A stretch of DNA of 64,000 nucleotides from contig CAVULA010000008.1 of assembly GCA_963742195.1 (NCBI GenBank), positions 127,604 to 191,603 on the forward strand, in the 5' to 3' direction. Position 1 is the stretch's first letter; each line of letters opens with the position of its first letter. The stretch comes from an uncultured Actinomycetota bacterium (GTDB taxonomy: Bacteria; Actinomycetota; Actinomycetes; Propionibacteriales; Nocardioidaceae). Both the position numbers and the translations under genes were made by a program. This document shows positions 55,907 to 64,000 of this stretch, piece after piece. The notes beneath the pieces were generated by a model. That model did not search any database, was not told where the DNA came from, and saw only the letters and a program-made list of their open reading frames with translations.

Positions 55907-56717
55907 GTGCGTATTGCGAGGTTCACCGCGGGCGAAGACCCGTTGTTCGGCGTGGTCAGCGGCGAGCTCGACGAGTTCGGCCAGCCGGCCGAGGACAGCG
56001 TCGTCGTCGAGCTGGTCGGGGATCCGCTGTACGCAGGGATCCAGCCGACCCAGACCGAGCATCGCTTCGCCGACGTCCGGCTGCTGGCGCCGGTGATCCC
56101 GCGCAGCAAGGTGGTCGCGATCGGCAAGAACTACGCCGCGCACGCGGCCGAGATGGGCGGCGAGGTGCCGGAGGAGCCGTTGATGTTCCTCAAGCCCAAC
56201 ACCGCTGTCGTCGGGCCGGGCGACCAGATCTTCTACCCGTCGCAGTCCGAGCGCGTCGACTACGAGGGCGAGCTCGCCGTCGTGATCGGCCGGATCTGTC
56301 GCGACGTGCCGCCCGAGCAGGCCACCGACGTGATCCTCGGCTACACGATCGCCAACGACGTGACCGCCCGCGACCTGCAGAAGAGGGACGTGCAGTTCAC
56401 CCGGGCCAAGGGGTTCGACTCCTTCTGCCCGCTCGGCCCGTGGATCGAGACCGACCTCGATCCGCAGACGCTTCGCCGACGGCGTCCGCGTGCAGACGCA
56501 CCTCAACGGCGACCTCGTGCAGGACGGCTCCACGAAGGACCTGATCTTCGACATCCCGACGCTGGTGGCCCACGTGACCAGCGTGATGACGCTCCTGCCC
56601 GGAGACGTGATCCTGACCGGTACGCCGGAGGGCGTCGGTCCGATGCAGCCGGGCGACGAGGTCGAGGTGTCGATCGAGGGACTCGGCGCGCTGACGAACA
56701 CGGTGGTACGACGATGA
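55907..56717 (+). CDS. Fumarylacetoacetate hydrolase family protein, frameshift near 56470
   Basis: [39 protein letters not shown]; usual position before gltX. Confidence 0.93.
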
Positions 56718-58174
56718 CCTCACCGCAGCCCGGCAGGGTCAGGGTCAGGTTCTGCCCGTCGCCGACCGGCTCCCCGCACGTCGGACTGGCCCGCACCGCC
56801 TTGTTCAACTGGGCGTTCGCGCGTCATCACGGCGGCGACTTCGTGTTCCGGATCGAGGACACCGACGCCGCCCGTGACAGCCAGGAGTCCTACGACACCC
56901 TGCTCGAGGTGATGCACTGGCTCGGCTTCGACTGGGACGAGGGCCCCGAGGTCGGCGGCCCCCACGCGCCGTACCGCCAGAGCGAGCGCACCCACCTCTA
57001 CACCGACGTGCTGAGCCGGCTGCGCGAGGCCGGTCGTACGTACGACTGCTACTGCACCAACGAGGAGGTCGAGGCGCGACGCAAGGCCTCCGGCTCCAAG
57101 CTGATGGGGTACGACGGGTTCTGCCGTGAGCTCACGGCCCGAGCAGGTCGCGGCGTTCGCGGGGCGTGACCCGGTGGCGCGCTTCCGGATGCCCGACGGC
57201 GAGATCACCTTCGACGACGTGGTGCGTGGCGAGATCACCTTCCACACCGACCACGTGCCCGACTTCGCGGTCGCCCGGGCCAACGGCCAGCCGCTCTACA
57301 CCCTGGTCAACCCGGTCGACGACGCGCTGATGGAGATCACCCACGTGCTGCGCGGCGAGGACCTGCTCTCCAGCACGCCGCGCCAGATCGCGCTGTACGA
57401 CGCGCTGCAGGAGATCGGCGTCGCGACAGGCGACGCCGCGGTTCGGTCACCTCCCCTACGTGATGGGCCAGGGCAACAAGAAGCTGTCCAAGCGCGACCC
57501 CGAGGCCAGCCTGCTCGGCTACCGCACCCAGGGGTTCCTGCCCGAGGGCTTGCTCAACTACCTCGCTCTGCTCGGCTGGGCGATCGGTCCGGACCGCGAC
57601 GTCTTCACCATGGACGAGATGGTCGCGGCCTTCGACATCGGCAGACGTGAACCCGAACCCGGCACGGTTCGACCTGAAGAAGGCCGAGGCCATCAACGCC
57701 GACCACCTGCGGATGCTGTCGATCGAGGACCTCACCCATCGGGTGATCCCGTTCCTCAAGGAGGCCGGGATCGTCAGCGACCCCGTGAACGACGCCGACG
57801 CCCAGCTCCTCGAGCTGGCCATGCCGCTCGTGGCGGAGCGGATGAACAAGCTCACCGAGGCCGTGCCGATGCTGGGGTTCCTGTTCGTCGACGAGGCGGA
57901 CTTCCGGCGTACCGACGAGATCGACGACGCGGGCCGCGAGGTCGTGCGGGCGGCTTCCGACGCGCTGACGGCACTGCCGCGCTGGGCGGCCGGCGACATC
58001 GAGGAGGCCCTGCGGGCGGCGCTGGTCGACGGGCTCGGGCTGAAGCCGCGGCTGGCTTTCGGGCCGGTACGGATCGCGGTGACCGGGAGCCGGATCAGCC
58101 CGCCGCTGTTCGAGTCCCTGGAGCTGCTCGGCCGCGAGCGGTCGCTCGCCCGCCTCGAGGCCGCACGCGGGTGA
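56714..58174 (+). CDS. gltX: Glutamate--tRNA ligase, three frameshifts
   Basis: [12 protein letters not shown] (HIGH), RIEDTD, RGEDL, KLSKR (KMSKS), SPPLFE. Confidence 0.96.
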
Positions 58175-59123
58175 GCGAGGTCGTCGGCGCCGACCGGGCT
58201 GCCCTACCACCGCCTCCACGAGGCGGGGCTTCCCGGCTGGTGGCGTCCCGTGATCGGTCTCTGCATCATGGTGGCCGGTCTCACCGTGTTCGGCGGCCTG
58301 GTCGCGGTCATCCCCTTCGCCCTCTGGTACGCCGCCACCGGCGCCGACCTGCAGGCCTCTCTGACCACGCTGCTCGACCTGAAGCACCCGACGCCGGCCG
58401 GCCTGGCCTACCTCAACGTGGCGCTCGCCCTGATGATCCCGTTGAGCTGGCTCGTCAGCCGGGTGATGCACGGGCTCCTGCCGCGCTGGCTCGCGTCGGT
58501 GCGGCCGCGCCTGCGCTGGCGGTACCTCGCTGCCTGCCTCGGCGTCGCGGTCGTGGCGCTCGATCGCGACGCTGCTCGTGGGGTCCGTCGTACCGGGGGA
58601 GTCCGGCGACGTCGGCTCGACCGCGAACGCGTTCACCTCCACCACGCGCGACTACCTGCTCGTGATCGCGTTCCTCACGCCGTTCCAGGCGGCGGGCGAG
58701 GAGTACTTCTTCCGGGGCTACCTGACCCAGGCCTTCGGCGGTCTGTTCCACCGGGTCTGGGTGGCCGTGGTCGTACCCGCGTTCCTCTTCGGACTCGCCC
58801 ACGGACTCGGGCAGAGCGCGCCGGTCTTCTTCGACCGCTTCGCCTTCGGTCTGGTCGCGGGTGCGCTCGTCGTCCTCACCGGCGGGCTCGAGGCCGGCAT
58901 CGCCATGCACGTGCTCAACAACTGGCTCGCCTTCGGCCTGGCCCTGGCGTACGGCGACATGGCCTCGACGCTGAACCCCTCCGGCGGCAGCTGGTGGAGC
59001 ATCCCGGTGACCCTGACCCAGTCGCTGGTCTACCTCGGTCTGGCGGTCCTGGTGAGCCGCCGGATGGGGCTGTCGACCACGACGACGGCGCGCGTTTTGG
59101 AGGCGCCGCCGAGCCGCGTGTAA
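58171..59123 (+). CDS. CPBP-family intramembrane glutamic protease, frameshifted
   Basis: [18 protein letters not shown] motifs. Confidence 0.88.
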
Positions 59124-59190
59124 GGTTTCCCGGCGGTCGGTCACCGCGCTCCGAGCCTCGGGCTGCAGGGCGAGAAAGGCCGTCAACCAT

Positions 59191-59265
59191 TGGGATATGG
59201 TGTAATTGGCAGCACGACTGGTTCTGGTCCAGTTAGTCTAGGTTCGAGTCCTAGTATCCCAGCCA
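59191..59265 (+). tRNA. tRNA-Gln(CTG), CCA encoded
   Basis: Acceptor TGGGATA/TATCCCA; anticodon arm ACTGG-TTCTGGT-CCAGT; GTTCGAGTC T-loop. Confidence 0.96.
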
Positions 59266-59362
59266 CAGCCTCGAGATCGCCCTGCTCCTCCCGGTCCCAG
59301 GACCGGGATTTTGTCTATCCGAGGGGCTTCGCTAGAGTTTGTCCTCGCGTGTTCACGTGCTT

Positions 59363-59435
59363 GCCCCCGTTGTGTAGCGGCCTAGCACGCCGCCCTCTCA
59401 CGGCGGTAGCGCCGGTTCGAATCCGGTCGGGGGTA
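59363..59435 (+). tRNA. tRNA-Glu(CTC)
   Basis: Acceptor GCCCCCG/CGGGGGT; anticodon arm CCGCC-CTCTCAC-GGCGG; GTTCGAATC T-loop. Confidence 0.96.
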
Positions 59436-60151
59436 CTCATCAGTTGGCCCCTCTGAACTGCGGAAACGTAGAGCGGAGGGGCCTTCTGCTTTGTCCCCCG
59501 AATCCGCTGTGGGGATCTGCGGCCGCGCCGGGGCCGCATCAGAATCAACGCCACCCGCCATTGTCAGACTGCTGCGTGCTTCCTGGGCCGCGGCCCGCGC
59601 GTGGTGCATCGCGGTACCTACCTCGTCGAGCCGGTCCTCGAAGAGGTGGCCGTAGACGTCGAGGGTCATGGCAGCCGAGGCGTGGCCGAGCATCTGCTGG
59701 ACGACTTTGACGTCGGCGCCGGCGGCGATGGCGAGGCTGGCGGCGGTGTGCCGCAGTTGGTGGGGATGCAGCTTGGGCAGGCCGATCGCCAAGGCCGCGG
59801 CCTTAGATGTTCCGCTGAAGGTGCTCACCCTCAGAGGCTCACCGTTGCGGATGCCGGCGAACACCAAGTCGTCGGGTTCCTTGCCTTCGAGGAGGCTCTT
59901 CAGCTCGTCGGAGAGGAACGGCGGGATGGGCACCTCGCGGCGTTCGTGGGTCTTGGGCGTGCCCCAGACCAACCCCTTGCCTTGGACGGGCGTGACCGAT
60001 TCGGCGATCCTCGCGCGATTCCGCAGCAGGTCCAGCCGCTTGACGCGGAGGGCCGCCATCTCGCCGAACCGGACGCCGGTATGGCGAGGAACAACACGAC
60101 CAGCCGATAGGTGTCGTTGCTGCGGGTGTTGTAAGACAGCCCTTCCCGCAT
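59382..60151 (-). pseudogene. N-terminally truncated tyrosine integrase
   Basis: TGVRFGE, HQLRHTAAS, QMLGH and Y catalytic residues present; no core-binding or arm domain upstream of ~60135. Confidence 0.8.
59446..59493 (+). terminator. Hairpin terminator after tRNA-Glu (island-supplied)
   Basis: GGCCCCTC...GAGGGGCC followed by TTCTGCTTTG. Confidence 0.6.
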
Positions 60152-60544
60152 GGCCGGTTCTCAAACGTTTGGCGCTGCGGACGAGAGCTGAAAAGTGAGG
60201 TGCCCGCAGGCGGCCACTTGCTCATGGGCTGCGCGCGACCGGACCGCGACATGATCGCGCTGCCCGTGCGTCGAAGCCGACGCGGCGTGCGCCTACGTGG
60301 GTGCCCCCGGGAAGGGCGTGGTGGCATGGTCGCCATGCTCGAAGTCATGTTCCTGATCGTCTGCGTGGTGCTCGCTTCGTGGTGGTACAGCCGGACGAGG
60401 CAGCTGACTGTCGGAGGCTCGGGGTAGGCCTTGCCCCCGTCCGGCCGCCCGTCGGCATCCGCGCTCGGGCAGCAACATGGGCGGATGTGTCTGAATCGTC
60501 GTCGCCCAGACCGTGGCCGGGTCCCAACGTCGGTTGGAAACGCT

Positions 60545-61090
60545 TCATCGCGCCTGGGCGCGCTGGACTTGGTGTCCGACGATCGCGAGCACGACCCACA
60601 CCGCGGCGTGTATGACCGACTGCACGGGGCTGTTGGGCGACTGCAGGAGTCCGAGGTCCCCACTGAACATCGAGCCAACGGCCGACAAGATGAGGGCAGC
60701 GCCGGCGATAGCGGTGGCCCACCGCAAGAACCTTTTGCCCATCCGCTGAGCGAGGAAGCCGACGACGAAGCCGAAGGTCGGCACGAACAATACTGCCAGC
60801 AGCCAGCTCGGGTTGTCGCCGCCGAGCATCGTAAAGAGGCGAGCGCCGATGACGGCACCGACCGCCGCGCCGACCACAAAAAGCACGAACCGCGACATCA
60901 CGATCGCCAACACCAGCAGTGCGAGCGCCCCGACGGCGGCCACCACGAACGTCGTCGCGACACTGGCGCCGAACGCGTCGGCGAGCACCCAGCACAGGCC
61001 GAAGCCGGCCACGAGGACCGTCAGTCGGAGCGACCGCGCGCCTGCAAAGCACAGGACGAGGCCGACGACGAGCACGGCCAACTCGGACAT
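60545..61090 (-). CDS. DUF4203 (TM7S3/TM198-like) membrane protein
   Basis: GLVLCFAG.R...AGF.LG; TAIAGA.LI; SD AAGGAG. Confidence 0.75.
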   Translation of the reverse strand: MSELAVLVVGLVLCFAGARSLRLTVLVAGFGLCWVLADAFGASVATTFVVAAVGALALLVLAIVMSRFVLFVVGAAVGAVIGARLFTMLGGDNPSWLLAVLFVPTFGFVVGFLAQRMGKRFLRWATAIAGAALILSAVGSMFSGDLGLLQSPNSPVQSVIHAAVWVVLAIVGHQVQRAQAR

Positions 61091-61572
61091 CGGGTGCTCC
61101 TTCCCTGACCTGAGGGTAACGCCGGTCGGGCCCGCCGGCCCCCCGCGCATCGGCAAGATTGACGCGCACTCAGCGGCAGATGAGTGCGTTCGAGGACGTC
61201 CTGATTCCGGAGCCCTTCGGGGGTGTCTGGTGCGTCGAGTCATCAGAGACCGGGGACACTTCCGATGGGGTGTGCGTATGAGCGGTGCCGAGGGTCTGGG
61301 CTCCGGAGACAGGCAGCCGGGCGCGACCTCGCGGGTCCTGCTGCGCAGGAGCCGTCAGGTGGTCATCGGGTGCTCAATTCCCTTGGGGCGCTGCTAGTCG
61401 GGGTTGTTCTCCCTGCGGTGCTGGTCGGCGCGTTGCGGGCGAGGTGGGGGCGAAGCTCGCGGGCACACGCCGGGTGAACGTGGTCGACGGGGAGGAAGGG
61501 CCGGCTCCTACTACAGCTGCGGTACGGGGGCGACCTTGCAGGTGAGGGAGGGGACGCCAGTACGGTCGTCGG

Positions 61573-62127
61573 ATGACGACGCCCGAGCAGCCAGCCGGCG
61601 ACTTGCCCGAGTCGACGATCAACCGTAACTGGACCGAGTTGGTGCAGGAGCTGCGCGCCATCCAGATCGGTGTGCAGGTCCTGATCGGGTTTCTGCTTGC
61701 CGTGCCGTACACCGACAGGTTTGCCACACTCGACCACTTCGCGAAGGTGGCCTACCTGGCCGTGCTGAGCCTGGCCGTGGCTGCCACCGCCGCGGTCCTC
61801 GCGCCGATCGCCTATCACCGCATCCTGTTCAGGCGCGCCCTGCGCCCGTGGTTGGTCGAGACGGCGAACACGGTCGCACGTGCCGGTCTGGTGCTCGCCG
61901 CGCTGGCGATGTGCGGTGTCGTCTTCCTCGCCTTCGACCTCGCGGTCGGTACTGCGGCGGGTGTGGGAGCGGCACTCGTGGCCGTCGTCGGTTACGTGGT
62001 GCTCTGGCTGGTCGTTCCGCTCCGGGCCCGATCCGCCTGTGCGGTCACGTTGACGAAGCCCCAGCCTCGGACGGCAACGAAGCACCGACGCAGAGCCCCC
62101 GCGTCGCGATCGGATGGCGGTCGCTGA
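61573..62127 (+). CDS. DUF6328-family membrane protein
   Basis: NRNWTELVQELRAIQIGVQVLIGFLL.VP; APIAYHR.LF. Confidence 0.82.
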   Translation: MTTPEQPAGDLPESTINRNWTELVQELRAIQIGVQVLIGFLLAVPYTDRFATLDHFAKVAYLAVLSLAVAATAAVLAPIAYHRILFRRALRPWLVETANTVARAGLVLAALAMCGVVFLAFDLAVGTAAGVGAALVAVVGYVVLWLVVPLRARSACAVTLTKPQPRTATKHRRRAPASRSDGGR

Positions 62128-62386
62128 ACGACGGACCAGCACGTCGATGCCTCGCCGGATTCGAACCACACCGGCTGCGCCTCCCACAGTGATCGTGAAA
62201 CTCGTTGGCTGTGGCATTGCGGCACTGGTGCTCGCGTGCTGGGCGTCGTCGGGCTCGTGTCGTCGTCGGCCTGGTGCCCTTGGCGGTGGGGAGAAGCCCG
62301 GAGCCATCGCGCAACCGATTGCCCAGCGTGCATGATGGCCAGACCACCACCGGTGATGGATGGATGGTGGCCGAAGGAGGAATCCC

Positions 62387-63198
62387 ATGGCCAAGCCGGC
62401 TCGTCAGAGCACCCCGAGCGACCCGATCGCGGAGACACCTGCTCCCTCCCTGAGCGGGGCGCAGCTGAACGAGATCCTGAGCCTCCTACCGGGCTCGGAC
62501 ACCGTCGAGCTGAAGGTGACCGTCCCGGCAGTCCGCCGCCGATCCGTGATCGAGCGACTGGGGATGGATCGATGAGAGCAGAGCTTCGGCAGGTCGCCGA
62601 TTTCGACACCCCGGACCTGCAACTGAACCAGCAGGGCCTCGTGGTCCGGGCACGGCGGGTGCAGAGGAAGACGGGCGACTCCGTGGTCAAGGTCCGTCCC
62701 GTAGTCCCTTCCGAGCTTCCCGACGAGGTACGGCGTGTGCCCGGCTTCGGCGTGGAGGTCGACGCGATGCCTGGCGGTTTCGTGTGTTCGGCGCGGCTGA
62801 AGGCCAAGGCGGACGACGAGGTGCTCCACACGGTGTTTCGCGGCCACAAGCCGGTTCGGGAACTCTTCACCAAGCAGCAGCGGGCCCTGTTTGACGCCCA
62901 CGCTCCTCACGGGGTGACGATGGACGACCTCGCGGTCCTTGGGCCGCTCAACATTCTCAAGCTCAAGTTCGACCCGAAGGGTTACTCGCGCCCCCTGGTC
63001 GCCGAGCTGTGGTTCTATCCGGATGGTTCGCAAATTCTCGAGCTCTCGGCCAAGTGTCTGACGCAGGAGGCCTTTGCGGCGGCCGCGGAGACCAAGTCGT
63101 TCCTCGCGCTGCATGGGGTGGATCTGTCCGCTCCTCAACAGACGAAGACCCGTACGGCGCTGAACCTGCTCACCTCGGCCGAGGCGGCACCGTCCTAG
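62387..63198 (+). CDS. CYTH-like (triphosphate tunnel; often annotated adenylate cyclase) protein, frameshift near 62570
   Basis: SD AAGGAGG; VELKVTV, FDTPDL.L...G.VVRAR, DSVVKVRP, ELW.YPDGS.ILELS.K, QQTKT. Confidence 0.75.
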
Positions 63199-64000
63199 GA
63201 GCCGAACCTCTCCGCCGCGACACCGTCGCCTCAAGCCGCGGTCGCTCACAGTCACGGCGTCCTGCCCCGCAAGGGTGAGGATCGTGCGCACGATGCAAAC
63301 TCCGGCGAGGATCACCTCAGCTCGCTCCGGCTGCAGACCGGCGATCTGGCGCCGTTGGTCCGCGGAGCGTCGTCGGTACATCTCGATCTGCCGATCCACC
63401 TCGTCCACGTCGACGACTGTGCCGTGTACGACGTCAGGATCGTACCGGGCCAGGCCGCGCGAGACCGCTGCCGGGTTGGCGAAGTCCACATCGCGATCAC
63501 GATGTCGGGGCGGACTCGGCCCGGAAGGGTCCGAGGATCCGCCGCGACCGCGGCGAGAGCGGCGTCGACGGCCTCGCGAGGGACGGCGTCGGCGAGCCCG
63601 AACCGCTCGGTGAAGCGCACCGCGCCCACGTCGAGGCTGAACTGCTCCTCGATCACGTCTCCGGTGCCGAAGGTGAACTGACTGCCGCCACCACCTAGTC
63701 CAACACCAGCAGTCGGTCACCGGTCAATGGCAAGGCCGACACCGCAGCCACGTACGCGAGCCTGGCCTCCTCCATGCCGGAGATGACCTCCACGGTCACT
63801 CCACAGCGGGCATGGACGGCCTCGACGAACACGTCCCGGTTGCCAGCCTGCCGCAAACCAGCAGTGCCCACGGCGACGATGTCGAGTGGGCCATCCCGTT
63901 CCGCGCGTCGTCAACCAGACCGGCGACCGCATCGACAGTGCGACCCATCGCTTGCGGGTGGAATTGGCCCGGCTCGACCAGGCCCTCGCCCAGCCGGGTG
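63195..64000 (-). pseudogene. Ppx/GppA exopolyphosphatase family, partial and heavily frameshifted
   Basis: TRLGEGL, AVGTAGLR, ISG.EEARL, D.GGGS, GAVRFTE, RAEVILAG, SDRGLR motifs across frames. Confidence 0.78.

Larger units (their letters stand above)
59436..64000. mobile_element. Left end of a degenerate genomic island integrated at tRNA-Glu
   Basis: Integrase abutting the tRNA 3' end; visibly more A/T-ending codons than the backbone; other att site not in the window. Confidence 0.7.

Noticed and set aside
55907-57169. Apparent FAH-GltX fusion
   Set aside because: Indel near 56470; an ATGA overlap at 56714-56717 marks two genes
59190-59554. ORFs overlapping the two tRNA genes
   Set aside because: Spurious translations of tRNA sequence
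60125-60170. Possible IS terminal inverted repeat scar at the integrase truncation point
   Set aside because: No partner repeat, target duplication or transposase found; resemblance too weak to support
59436-64000. Intact prophage or ICE
   Set aside because: Only a truncated integrase; no phage structural, replication or conjugation genes in the window

Overview
High-GC actinobacterial chromosome segment. Gene order and protein similarity suggest a Nocardioides-like organism (inference). Single-base frameshifts occur throughout, including in housekeeping genes (gltX, ilvB, ilvC, serA), so they are most likely long-read assembly indels. The backbone is the conserved actinobacterial block ilvD...ilvBNC...serA...leuB-ilvE...cimA...FAH-gltX-tRNA-Gln-tRNA-Glu, with three short leader-peptide attenuator candidates (ilvB, leuB, cimA). 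Accessory modules: (1) a csnREFGHK-type chitosan-oligosaccharide operon with a perfect CsnR box and a divergent nagB; (2) a cobalamin riboswitch ahead of an ECF transporter with two extracellular proteins that together resemble a split transcobalamin; (3) an IdeR-boxed efeUOB; (4) a large secreted S8 protease; (5) a cassette after ilvC with an XRE regulator, two copies of a tandem palindromic operator, a secreted Cys/Gly-zipper bacteriocin-like precursor and a tiny membrane peptide, which is the best novelty candidate; (6) several REP-like palindromes; (7) the left end of a decayed island at tRNA-Glu with a truncated tyrosine integrase, a CYTH-like protein and a Ppx/GppA phosphatase. Family names come from motif recognition by eye, not from database searches.
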